Positions 23,558-35,825 of a stretch of DNA of 40,706 nt are shown piece after piece. The stretch lies in NCBI RefSeq assembly GCF_001194135.2, contig NC_068993.1:3341850-3382555 (forward strand), in the 5' to 3' direction. The stretch is from Octopus bimaculoides. Lineage: Eukaryota. Made by a program: the position numbers and the translations under genes. The first letter of the stretch is position 1. Each line of letters opens with the position of its first letter. The notes beneath the pieces are model-generated. The model was given only the letters and a program-made list of their open reading frames with translations, was not told where the DNA came from and ran no database searches.

Positions 23558-25234
23558 GAGTTCAGCCTTCTTTGCCGAAAAGAGTTATTTCCCATGCGTA
23601 TGCTTTACTAAATTCGGTTATTAAAACTGAAGTGTGGTGATTCTTGAAAGTAACGCGAAGAAAGATTATTAAATGCATACATAATAATTTGTGATATTTT
23701 ATGGTAAATATGTATACAATCCCATTATCAGCTGATAACACGGGATTAGTTGAAGAGATTAGCAAATGAATAAATAAATATCACGCAGGAAGCGTTGGCT
23801 AAAGTATGCGGGGAATAACTGCGTCATTATAGAGATGTAATTTAAGTGGATTGTGAATAGTGGATGGAAACAATATTTGTGAGTTAATAGGAAAATAATG
23901 AATCGTAAAACAAGGTAGACTTGGCATCATGCAGTTACATTATTCACGGAAATGGCGTGCTTTGTTGATACGATGACGCACGGTGAAGTGGCATATTCAA
24001 GTTACCGCCAACTGAATAGGACGATGCCAACAACGACTGTTATATTTTCGAAACAGTGGATTTTGTGTACTAAATAATATTTTCTGAGAATATAGCGGGG
24101 AATTTAATACGGATTACACTTACTGAACCATTATTGGAAATATGGAAAAAAGAATTAGAGAGATAGATATCAGATTGATGGTTAAGTAGACGGAAAAGTA
24201 ATGAAAAAGGAAAAAGTCTGGGAAAAGAAGAAGAATATTCATAGAAAGTACGAGTTACAAATCTCTGTAAATTTTATAATACTACTCAGGCAATAATCTC
24301 TAATCCATTTTCAGCAACTTTCTGAATAAATATATTTATTTCCACAGAGAATTACATTGTATAAACGTGATTAAACAGAGCTGGAATCAATAAATATACC
24401 CACCATCTCAAATATTCTCGTACTCAAAGCAACAAGCAAATATAAATTAAATGAAACAAACACAATAATTCTCTGAAACGTAGAAGACTCTCATTTCACG
24501 AATTAGTTGACAACACGAGGTGGTTGGCTCGAAGATAATTGCCACGGATTCTTTTCTCACCCAAATATATCATTTCATGAGCATATTATAGATAATATTG
24601 TCTTCGATAATGAATATGGCATAATGCCAATGCTGTAACAAAAAATAGCGTAACTCGGTTAAGAACCACTTCTGTCATGGTGAGGATTTCTAAAACTTAT
24701 AAGAAACGAACACAGTGCCAATAACAAACGAAAAATAAAATTGTAACAACATTAATAAACGATAGAAAACAATTCTAGTATAAAGACAAAAATCATTGAT
24801 GATATAAATAAGCAAATAAAATAATCAGTAATATTGATTTAACTATTCTGGAGGTAATTAAATTGAAGACATAGCCACGAACAAGTAGTATGCAAATTTG
24901 ATTTAAACGTATCATCCTAGTTTATCAAGACGTAGAAATATTTCGGTAGACAGACCCTGTCACATGAGCGTTTGCTCTTTAGCTTAGCTGGCGGCTGTTA
25001 TTTATTGCAAAATCAATTTATATAACTCCTTACTTATTTGAAAATTTTCACAAACATATCCAAAATGAAATAGGAAACATTGACTAAAACACGAATTAAA
25101 AAAAAAAAAAACTAGAAAAGAACAAACGAATCACTTTGCGGTCGTTCGATCCGCTACGATTACAAGTCGAATCCCACTGACTTCATAAAAGGAAATATTG
25201 GCTAAAATAATGCTCCTAGTTACAGGTATTTCAA

Positions 25235-25432
25235 AATTGGCTTAAGGGCCGCAATTTTAAGGATGGAGTAAGTCGATTACTCATACACCAGTGCTTAGCC
25301 GATACTTTTTTTTTATCGACCTTGAAAGGATAAACGGTAAAGTCGACCACAACAGAATTTGAAATTAGAACGGAAATGACTCTCAGAAATACTGTTAAAC
25401 ATTTCTACCAGTGTGCTAACGATTGTGCCCAC
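25235..25432 (-). mobile_element. SINE family B
   Basis: AGTCGATTAC...TTTATCGACC.TGAAGGATAAACGGTAAAGTCGACC...AATTTGAAATTAGAACG...GTGCTAACGATTGTGCC. Confidence 0.75.
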
Positions 25433-26667
25433 CTGGTCAAATACAGCAGCGGATAATTGAATACTTTGCTTAAAAGACAGAAGACCACGTCCCAGTTAAT
25501 ATAATTAAAGATATCCGCACCGCGAAAAAAAAAAAAGAAAAGGAAAGAACTGGCGAGATGGTCTTGGTTTGAAATGGCTAAAGTTCTTTTCTATCAGAGT
25601 TGATGTAGATCAATCTCGATTGAGAAATATGAAAGCAGCACTTTAAAAGAAAGCAAGCTCACATAATAGACATCGTTGTTTGTGCTTTCTGTGGTTACTT
25701 TTGTTTCTTGTAGCTTATTATAATCAAACCTCACATATTCAGTACGTTGTATTATCCAACTCTGCTTCAAATTTCACCTCATGAAACATGCATGCACACA
25801 CACGCACACACACACACACACACACACATACACACACACACACACATATACTCTCACATATATATTTATGTATACACAATAACAGCACACACTTGTTAAC
25901 TTTAAGCCTGAAATTCTAGTGTGAGGGTGTACAATGTAATTAAATAACTTCAGAGAAAAGGAGGGAAAACAAAGGAGAAAAGAGAAATGATAGAGAAAGC
26001 GAAAGACAAAATACGAACAAAAGAAATCTTATTGCCGAGGGAATTATATTCCAATTAAAGTTGCTGTTATTCACTATAAAAAAAAACAACAACAAAACAA
26101 ACAAAAACTTAAAATGATCAAGGATTGCATTTACTTAAAGTAAACACAATGTTTTGCGTTTGCACGTCTTNNNNNNNNNNNNNNNNNNNNNNNNNNNNNN
26201 NNNNNNNNNNNNNNNNNNNNNNNNNNNNNNNNNNNNNNNNNNNNNNNNNNNNNNNNNNNNNNNNNNNNNNNNNNNNNNNNNNNNNNNNNNNNNNNNNNNN
26301 NNNNNNNNNNNNNNNNNNNNNNNNNNNNNNNNNNNNNNNNNNNNNNNNNNNNNNATATAGACAATATGCACGCGCACACACCTGCAGTCGCGCGCACACA
26401 CACACAAACACACACACACACACACACAGTCATAAGTATATATTTATAGATAAGTATGCGTATAAAAATCTAAGTATACAGCAGTTAGTATGTGCATACA
26501 TACGAGTACTCACAAACTGATGTATTTATAAAAACATACGTAGATACAATATATATATATATTATACATATATAATATATGTTGTATATAATGTTTCTAC
26601 ACACGCACTCATATATACATAGAGATATATATATACATGTATATATATATACATACATACACACACA

Positions 26668-27010
26668 CACGATGTCTGATCAATAAGTATCCGGACTGTT
26701 GCCAAAGTAACGAAGCTAAAGTACGCAGAGTAAAGCCGCTTGGCAAAGATCAACCTTAAACTTCACTGTTTACAGCAATGCTTGGAAGGACAGAGAAAGT
26801 TGTCATAGCGATATCTGCTGAGAGGATTACGCAAAGTTGCAGAAAGCGTATGGAGAGGAGCGTATGAGATGCTCACAGGTGTAGGAGTGGTTTAGACGTT
26901 TTCAAGATGGCCGAAAGACTCGATATCGACGAACGTTCTTGGAGACCCAAAACCAGCAGAACTGAGAAAAACTTCATAGATGTGCGTGCCGCTGTGAGGG
27001 GAGAACGCAC
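26668..27010 (+). mobile_element. Tc1/mariner remnant: left TIR plus N-terminal transposase HTH
   Basis: TIR-like CACGATGTCTGATCAATAAGTATCCGGACTG. Translation YAKLQKAYGEERMRCSQV*EWFRRFQDGRK/LDIDERS/RPKTSRTEKN matches the mariner motifs W..RF..G and DE.RSGRP. Confidence 0.85.
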
Positions 27011-28371
27011 GTGTGTGCGTGCGAGAACGGAATAGGAAGTTTTAAGTGATGTTAATTTTTGAAAGTATTTAGAAATGGATATTTGTTACGGTATTCGTTG
27101 CTGCGATTTGAATATTTGGTATTATTCAATTATGATGTAAATATGTTACCTGCAACAAATGGTGTTACTGCAAGCGTTCACTAAATGCATTATCGTTTTG
27201 AATATAGTCATTGATACACTTGGTTCGAAAACAAAAGCAAAGTGAAACACTAAATAATGCAATCCTACATACATGTACTATGCATGTAAACAAAGAACGA
27301 TATATGATAGCAATTTGTCTTTCCCTTTCAAAAGGATTCCATAATTCATAAATATTATAAGTTTTTAATCAGAATGCTGTAAATCTAAGCTATTCATCTA
27401 GAGTAATTGCCCTTGTAAAGGTAATTGTCTTTCGAAAAAATTGTGTGAATGATTTGTTACTATTAACATAACCCAGGCGAGTTTAATGTTTCAAAGAAAC
27501 AGGTTCCGTTGCATTGAATGTCCAAAAGTCACGCAATCCTTGTTCAAATTAGCAAGTTTGTTTTCAATTAGTAATTATTATTGATTGATATTTGTTCGTA
27601 CATATTTTTGCCATGCTTTTCCTATATCTATCGATTTATACTTTTTCTCTATCTACCTACCTATCTATCTATCTAGAGAGAAAGAGAGAGAGAAAGAGCA
27701 CTGTGCTCTCGTGTTTAATCCCTCCCTGCCTGAGGTTACTGTAGTCTTTTTCGTAGGCTTTTCTTCCCACGGATAAACCTAATCTTGCCTGTTACACCTT
27801 TAAAATTTTTCTGTGATACACAATCCCTTTTGATTGGAATTTTATTTTTCTCTTTTTTTTTTCTCTTTCCCCTCACCACCGAAAAGAAAAGCTCTACATT
27901 GTATTTTGTCCCCTCTATGTTCGGCCCTGTGTGGCTAATAAATAAACTTATCTGTCTGTCACCTACGTACGTACCTCTCTCTCTCTCTCTATCTATCAGT
28001 GCGTACAAATCACTCCCATTTCCATTATGGTAAATATCAAAGCTTTTCCCAATCTCCCATGTTTCCAAGTGAGATTATCTGATATCTCCAACCAATAATT
28101 TTCCTTCGCTATTCCGTGCCGCTCTCAGTTAGGAGTAAATATTTTCATATATTTCGCTTGATATATAATGAAAAAAAAAATCAGTTACTGGGGTTGATGG
28201 AAATAACTATTGTTTATGCTTCAGAGGTGTCTGGTTGTCAGAGATTCTTTCGGGCTTCTGAAAACAATATTGGAGGTCACCAGTTGTTGTTGTTTGGGCG
28301 CTGAAGTGATATCTCAGATAACCGTTAGGATTATGTGAGATAACGATATAAAGATTGTAACATTACTCAAC

Positions 28372-28575
28372 TATTCTTTCACTTGTTTCAGTCATCTGAC
28401 TGCGGCCATGCTGGAGCACCGCCTTTAGTCGAGCAAATCGACCGCAGGACTTATTCTTTGTCAGCCTAGTACTTATTCTATCGGTCTCTTATGCCGAACG
28501 GCTATGTTACAGGGACGTAAACACAGCAGCATCAGTTGTCAAGTGATGTTGGAGGGACAGACACACAAACATATA

Positions 28576-28585
<10 letters not shown>
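28372..28585 (-). mobile_element. SINE family A body plus 3' tail, cut off by (TA)n and a gap
   Basis: TTGTTTCAGTCATCTGACTGCGGCCATGCTGGAGCACCGCCTTTAGTCGAGCAAATCGACC...GTTGTCAAG...GGGACAGACACACAAACAT; homologous to 503-597. Confidence 0.85.
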
Positions 28586-28606
<21 letters not shown>

Positions 28607-28953
28607 NNNNNNNNNNNNNNNNNNNNNNNNNNNNNNNNNNNNNNNNNNNNNNNNNNNNNNNNNNNNNNNNNNNNNNNNNNNNNNNNNNNNNNNNNNNNNN
28701 NNNNNNCGTTGGTAAGCAAACTACTTACTACACAGGCACTCCTATGCCTTTTCAAAATGTTACGGAAGTGCTTTACAAATATTAAACTGAATTCTGAAAT
28801 GCATGAAAGTGGATTTGAAGAAAAACTTTTGACTCATCACGCTCTTATTGGGATTGCATCTTAATGATGTATATCAGTTTATTGCATAAAGTTAGTGTTT
28901 GATACCCCTAATTTAGAATAACTACCTGTAGTGATCAGTAGTTTTGTCTATAT

Positions 28954-28997
28954 CAGTGGTTCCCAACCTGCGGCCCGCGGACACCTAGGGATCTGCA
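28954..28997. mobile_element. hAT/Charlie-like terminus (single end)
   Basis: CAGTGGTTCCCAACCTGCGGCCCGCGG, preceded by the 8-mer GTCTATAT, close to the nTCTAGAn target preference of Charlie elements. No partner end found. Confidence 0.55.
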
Positions 28998-29089
28998 AAA
29001 GTAGTATATATATTCCTGGTGAAGGCTGGTTTATGGGGTTACCAGTCCATAAAGGGCTTAACTTTATGACGTAAAGTTAAACCTTTTAT

Positions 29090-29408
29090 GAACGGGCATT
29101 CTGTGGTAAATTCCGACATAACATCGGTATCGTCTAACTTTCCGACAACCACATCAAAACAGGCGATCTTCCGCTCCGTTCTGGTTTCAGCTGAAAGATT
29201 AAAGAACATCTATCACAAGGCGCTTCCGATTAACTTGGTCGATGATGCCGAAATATTCGCTGAGAATGCGACACATGTCACATAAATTTCTGGATGGAAA
29301 AAGCTATCGTCAGCGATTTGGAAATAATAGCTTCTACTATACGAGGGAACCGACCAAGGTATCATGAATGAAATTTAGAAGACAAAATATGTGAGGTAGA
29401 CTCTCGTA
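29090..29408 (-). mobile_element. Probable second mariner remnant (5' end plus HTH)
   Basis: TACGAGAG start on - at 29408. Frameshifted CRILSEYFG, FNLSAE, ERSGRSP and CFD resemble GDFNLxDEERSGRPxxFD. Confidence 0.4.
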
Positions 29409-30064
29409 GACGCATGCATATGCATATATATATATATATATATATATATACGTATATATGCACACATACATATATATAGATATATTAATATATATTTACA
29501 TATATCTATATACAAACATATACATACATATATGTATAGATAGATACTATATACATATATATATTTGTATACAAGCACACACACACACACATATATATAT
29601 ATGTATGTATATGATATAATGTATATAGGAAATTCTCATGAAATAAACAAGCGTGTGAATCTCAGAGGTTGACTTAACTGATGCGCTGACGTGCGACGTT
29701 AAGCGTTGTGGTGCTCTGATTATCCGCCATAATGTCATCTCTTTTGCCCCAAAGCTGACTTTACCTTCGCTTCTCTATAAAATGTTGAAAAAAGGAACAA
29801 CAATTTATCTCATAATTCAATGAAGGCCTTCGCTGCAAACAGAAATATCGTAACACTTTAGAGAATTAATTTTTAAAAGTAGATTAATTACACAGAGTAA
29901 TTAACACACGTAAAATTGTTTTAATTATCTCATAAAGTAAAAATCAAAGTAAATCGTTTGGTGGATTTTTGCTTCGAAATCACAAGGGACTTTAAATATC
30001 ATAAACGATCGATTTCGCTTTCCTTTCCTTTTTTACACCATAAGTCATATCTATCACCCGCCTC

Positions 30065-30270
30065 TATGGGTAGAATTAGTAGCACGACGGACAAAGCGTT
30101 TAATCGCATTTCTTCCGGTTTTACGTTCTGAGATCGAATTCCGCCGAAGTCCACTTTGCTTTCCATTATTTAAGGGTTTGATAAAATAAGTACCAGTCCA
30201 ATAATAGGGTCGATGTAATCGACTCGCCTGTCCCTTATAATTTTCAGGCTTTATGCCTACAAAAGAAAGG
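30065..30270 (+). mobile_element. SINE family B (left arm of inverted pair)
   Basis: TTTACGTTCTGAGATCGAATTCCGCCGAAGTC...GATAAAATAAGTACCAG...GGGTCGATGTAATCGACT...TGCCTACAAAAGAAAGG. Confidence 0.8.
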
Positions 30271-30427
30271 AAAGCAAGAATATTGTTACTATTCTTTAGT
30301 CAGTAATAGATCTACAACGAGGCTCCTTGACTTGCTAGAAACAGCAACTAAATCTTTGATAGATCTCACCATTTCGACTTACAAGTGAATAAGAGAGTTA
30401 ACTGAAGAGACTAGATAATGAAGATAA

Positions 30428-30642
30428 TTCTTCCTATTATAGGCACAAGGACTGGAATTTGTGGGGGTGGGGTGGATAGTCGATTACATCGACTCCAGTA
30501 CGCAACTGGTATTTAATTTATCGACCCCAAAAGGATGACATGCACAGTCGACCTCGGTGGAGTTTGAACTCAGAACGTAGCGGCAGACGAAATACCGTTA
30601 AGCATTTCGCCTGGCGTGCTGAAGATTCTGCCAGCTCGTCGT
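30428..30642 (-). mobile_element. SINE family B (right arm of inverted pair; least diverged copy)
   Basis: Near-complete reverse complement: AGGCACAAGG...AGTCGATTACATCGAC.CCAGTACGCAACTGGTA...GAACTCAGAACGTA...TTCTGCCAGCTCG. Confidence 0.88.
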
Positions 30643-31044
30643 CTTATGATAATGTAGATAATGAAGTTATCTTTCTCTAATATTGACCCAAATCGACGGG
30701 ACTGTTACGGGTCCGGGTTGCCAACATCAAGCTAAACAACAACTAATAAAGATTATGGATGTTGGTGAAGAACGTTTTGAATTGCGTTCTTTGAATTTCA
30801 AATGACGACAATATTTCCATTGAAGCATTCAGAAAAACAAAGAACAGACATGACAATTATACATCCCAAGTCTCTCAAACATGAATATCGACTTTGCGGT
30901 AAATATAACGCAAATAGAACGTCTTTTAATCGTTTAATATTCCGTAAGATCATTAACGGATCAGGATATACGTTGGCCTGTATCGTTTTCTGTTCGGTTA
31001 GAGACAGGTTTTGCTTGTAACTAGAAACAGGCTATAGAGACACG

Positions 31045-31465
31045 GCTGATATTCTCCTCCTCCTCATCATCATCACCATTATCATCGTCGCCTTCGTCGG
31101 TTTACCATAAAAAATGCTACCACCGTCATCATCATCACCATCCTCATCCTCTTCCTTACTTATCGTCGTTATCATCGTCACACTCACAATCCTTACCACT
31201 ACCGCCAGCAGCTCTACTACAATAGACGTCATCATCATCATTATCATCATCATCATCATCCAAGCACGAATACCACCCCACGACTATCAACCACCAACAC
31301 CCCTATTACTACCACCCCCAATGCTATCACCCTCACCACTCCCACTACTACGAACCTCACCACTACCCCCCCCCCCATTAGCATCAACCTTTTCCCTCCT
31401 CCTCATCATTATTATCATTATCATCAACGTCATTGTCGACGTCATCATCGCCGCCGTCGTTGTTC
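31045..31465. repeat. Cryptic trinucleotide low-complexity tract (CAT/CAC/CCT/CGT). Similar tracts at 13755-13850, 16860-16930 and 34680-34815
   Basis: Direct reading; produces the poly-S/I/P pseudo-ORFs in the track. Confidence 0.9.
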
Positions 31466-31809
31466 GTATCGTTAACATCAAACCCCACCAAACATGACCA
31501 CACCTCCACTGACAAGTAACTCAGGTGCGTTTTTGCTGACACAATTAAAGTTACACCCTGAATCAAATGAGTTACACAAACCCAAATAGCCTCTGTAGAA
31601 CGAGAATTAGTTGAATAAATATTTATCTTTAGATGTGACCAAAAAAATAATTTCAGTATTCCACAATCCGATTATTCATCTCTTAAGGAAACTTTCATTG
31701 AAAAACTGTCAAACTTTGAGTAAAAATCCAAATGAAACTACAATACAATAAAGAAATCTGGCTGAGCTCTGGTCTTCCGAATCCTCAGGGCTTCTAGCAT
31801 ACAACACGA

Positions 31810-31920
31810 CGTGTAAGAATGGCTGTGTGGTAAGAAGTTTGCTTCCCACTTAGGCAAGTAACTTATACTATGGTATCGGCCTTGCGAGTGGATTTGGTTG
31901 ACGGAAACTGAAAGACTGTC
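31810..31920 (+). mobile_element. SINE family A head (deleted copy)
   Basis: ATGGCTGTGTGGTAAGAAGTTTGCTTCCC...CCTTGCGAGTGGATTTGGTTGACGGAAACTGAAAGA matches 211-362. Confidence 0.75.
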
Positions 31921-31972
31921 ACACTCACACAATAATAATAATAATAATAATGACAATAATAATAATAATAAT

Positions 31973-32225
31973 AACAAGAGAACTCAGCGCAAACTCCGCG
32001 AAGGCAACACCAACGTTCTCTCAACGATTAGCCAGAGATGGTTTTTAAAATGAGAATATCTGAAATAAACTCGACTGCTCTCACAAACGAGAATACTAAA
32101 AATGAACTCGATCGCTCTCAAACAAATAGTTAAAAAACAGGCAAAAAGAATCCAGAATTCTTGTCCGGTACCGGGTCAATCGCAAAATCTAATCAGTTCA
32201 TGCCAGTCATGAGGCCAAACATTGC
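31973..32225 (+). mobile_element. Non-autonomous element, Helentron/HINE-like (inferred), 3'-truncated
   Basis: Begins AACAAGAG right after (AAT)n, with CTCCGCGAAGGC and two ~37-bp internal tandem units (AAA.AACTCGA..GCTCTCA.A.A...). Also CCGGTACCGG and CAAAATCTAATCAGTTC, an architecture typical of DINE-1/HINE/Pearl-type elements. Confidence 0.5.
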
Positions 32226-32702
32226 ATTTAATTTTTCCACAATTTCATTGCTTTTCATGCTTTACTCCAAGTTGAAAGAGTCGCAAAAACACCAACAGGT
32301 ACTAAAATGTTCTTCAAGATAAAATTATTTTAGCATTTTCTACCTTGTCTTATAAAGAAAATAATATCAATTATGGAAAATTATAATTATCTACGACCTA
32401 AAATTTTGATTGTTTACAAATTTATCGGTATTTACTTCAGCCGATGACCTATTTTCATTCAATGAACATCCCATTCATCGATAACTTAGTAGAAACCATA
32501 ACAATGTTGTTACAAGATCCTTGTATTATCTTCATATTTATTTATGCATTATTTTCCAAATTCCATATGAATTGCGGAATTTCGTGAAAGTGATGTTTTC
32601 AATTCCAAAGTTCCAGAAAACGTATAATGGTATATCAATCGTGAATACACTTAGAAGCACACACACACTGTATGAATCTATGCGTTTATGTAAATATACA
32701 TA

Positions 32703-32739
<37 letters not shown>

Positions 32740-33390
32740 GTTTTTATACAGCTATTTATGTACATACAAATATGTTACATATGATCATATATACCATATA
32801 CAATATCGTAATAAACACACAAACATATATGTATACAATATATAAATATATATATTACCATCCATACACACATACATATCGTGGATATATCTTACAGTAT
32901 TGTTAACTATGATATCTATTATCTCCTATTTAGTTTCTTTCGACGTACGATTTTGAATTAAAAGCCAAACAGTGCAACACTAATAATTTTTGAAGTGGTC
33001 ACTAACNNNNNNNNNNTATATGCACATACATATATGTTTACAACTATTTTAGCGTGATATCGACTTTATTGTTACGCACTATGGCTGTATCATTCAGTCC
33101 CGATTTTCCATCGTTCTACACATTCCGATATATTCAACATAAAACTACATTGTGTATAATAAACAGCTTCTCCTTAACAACCAAGTAATTTCTCTCGTAT
33201 AATTCATCATACTTAACAATATCTGTGAGATACGTGAATAGCGAATGTTGTATTATTCATATCTTTTCACTAACTAAACATTTAGTTACATTCAAATATT
33301 TATCTCTCAATTTGTATACGTACAGCTTAGCATCAATATCGTCAAGTACTTTTGTGTACGATAGATGCACATACACACACACAGAGCCAC

Positions 33391-33442
<52 letters not shown>

Positions 33443-34154
33443 CACACGGATATATGCACTCGCAGAAGAGGTTTCTGCGTTTATTCATTACATTTGCTTC
33501 GCTGTTTTTCTTGTTATTATTGTTCTCGTTTATTTATTTATTTGTTTTGTTATGTTATGTTGCAGTTGTCCTCTCTTTGCGCTATTGATATCCCTTGTTC
33601 CTATTTCTATTGCTGCCGTAGAAAATGCAACGATTTGATAGAATCGCTACAGTGACTGATAAAAACTCACAGCTCTATTCAATCTAACAGGAGGCGATCT
33701 GAGTTCAAATTTCACCAAGGTGAACTTTACTTTTCTGGGAGATTTATATGTTTGGCTAGAACACTAATATGAAACCCTTCGTAACTGTTATAAAAAAAAC
33801 TCCTGTACAGATGAAGGCACGTACTGGTCTTGTTTATTATCACATAGTGTCAAGCTAAGATTTACGTTAATGTCACACATCTTTGCCGAACACTGCAGCC
33901 ACGTGTAAATACCTGTTTACCAAATACCTCATCCTCTTACGTTACTGACACATGTGTTTACCGCATACTCAGTCTGAAGGGACATAAAAGCAAGCATTCA
34001 ATTATTCACTTGCCAATCTGGTCTCTCTACTAAAGTCGATACCTTCAAATATAAAAATTCGAATCTAAGATTAAAGAGGGGATGAGCAGACCAAAGAAAT
34101 TGCTGTTTAATGTTGCTACGAATGTGTATATTTTATAATATAATAGATTAAAGC

Positions 34155-34372
34155 AGCGAGCTGACAAAATCGTTGGCACGTTGGGCAAAAATAAACTTAT
34201 CGGCATTTTATCAGTCCTTACTTCCTGAGTTCAAATTCCCACGAGGTCGACTTCACCTTTCACTCTTTTCGGGGTCGGTTAAATAAGTAGCTGCTGATCA
34301 CTAGGGTCGTTGCAATCGATGTAACCTCTTCCTCCAAATTGCTGGCATTGTGCCAAACTTTGATACCAATAT
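34155..34372 (+). mobile_element. SINE family B
   Basis: GCGAGCTGACAAAATCGTTGGCACG head, GAGTTCAAATTCCC box B, GAGGTCGACTTCACCTTTCACTCTTTTCGGGGTCG core, AAATTGCTGGCATTGTGCCAAACTTTGA tail. Confidence 0.82.
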
Positions 34373-34781
34373 TGAACACATGTATTTATTTCTATGCTTT
34401 AGTTCAAAGTATAACCGATAAGGAATTCGAACAAATTAGGAAAATTACTTCAATTTAATATAAGAGCCCTTAACTATTTGATTACTGAAGAATATATGCT
34501 ATAAAGAGTACAATACAAAATGCATGGAAAATTTATAACAAAAAAAAACAAAACAAACAAAAACATAAACGCAATACAAAGATTTGAACCGAAAATCCTG
34601 AGGCAATTATGATGTCTTTGAAGTTTTCATTTTCCAAAAATTTCGATACCTATACTTATTTACATAAACATTAAAAAACGCAGAATAATGATAATTATTA
34701 TTATAAAACTTTTGATAATAATAATGATAACAATGGTTGTGATAATGATGATACAACGATAATGGCGATGATGACGATGCT

Positions 34782-34812
<31 letters not shown>

Positions 34813-35334
34813 ATAGATAACTCCTAACAATACACGCCGCCCTTCAGAAAACAAAAGAACTTAAAAAAACAAGTACAAAAGAAGTATATATAAAATACTT
34901 ACAATGGACAATTTGGAGTGTCTTATGAATTATTTATGTAACGATTTAGTTATTCCAGTGAGATAACTATACTATAGATGAAAAGAAATATTCTGGGTTT
35001 TTTTTCTTAAATTACTATTTAGTCTCGGTGGTTTTATGTACAAATTTGAAATGAAACGGACACCTTTGATGTTTTCTAGTAGGTAGCTAATATAAAGCCT
35101 AGATAAGATAATTCATTAAACAATATATCTGTTAATGAATTAACAAATTATATTGGAAAGTTTGCAATAAATTTATCACTGACGCTTGCTTTATATCGTA
35201 TTGGTCTGAACAAAATAAAATCACTTTTAATGCATAGAATACTGTTGAAATGTTCAGTCAACATTATGAAAAAGTAAAAGAAAATAACCCGTTTTATTAG
35301 CCATTGAAGGCAATTACATACGATTCATTGAAAC

Positions 35335-35430
35335 AAACAATATATAAAACATCGAAAGAAACAATATATAAAACATCGAAAGAAACAATATATAAAATAT
35401 TGAAAGAAACAATATATAAAACATTGAAAC
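35335..35430. repeat. 24-bp minisatellite, 4 copies
   Basis: Unit AAACAATATATAAAACATCGAAAG; copies 1 and 2 are identical, copies 3 and 4 carry a few substitutions. Confidence 0.95.
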
Positions 35431-35629
35431 TGGGGTGAGTTCACTACTCAGGATAATGAACAAGGATAGACTTTTTATACGAATGTGTGGGTAGGTCAGT
35501 GAGTGAATTGTATTCTAACTTCGATAAACTTTTTCCAAATAATATTGACTATGTTTAAAGATATGCCTTGTCAGCTAGTCTTTACTGTGCTCACTTCATG
35601 ATCTCAGAGGGCATCTTCTCGATTTCCAT

Positions 35630-35825
35630 GGCGTATAAGTGATCTACATCATCACAGTGTCCCCACTGAGCAGGGCTCCAGCTTGTTGCAGGGTTATCTA
35701 TTCACAGCTGAATGAACTGATGCAGCGTGAAATGAAATATTTTAGTGAAGAACACATCACACAGCACCGTTCAAAACCGCCATCTTGCGATCATGAGTGC
35801 AACAACTTAACCACTGAGCTACGCG
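35630..35825 (-). mobile_element. tRNA-derived SINE, family C
   Basis: The minus strand begins CGCGTAGCTCAGTGGTTAAG (box A) then CACTCATGATCGCAAG, with a central TGTGTTCTT...ATTTCACGCTGCATCAGTTCATTCAGCTGTGAA segment like conserved SINE central domains. Confidence 0.7.

Noticed and set aside
28729-28793. Minus-strand candidate exon FSLIFVKHFRNILKRHRSACV
   Set aside because: Splice sites are plausible, but there is no homology and the phase does not fit the proposed chain.
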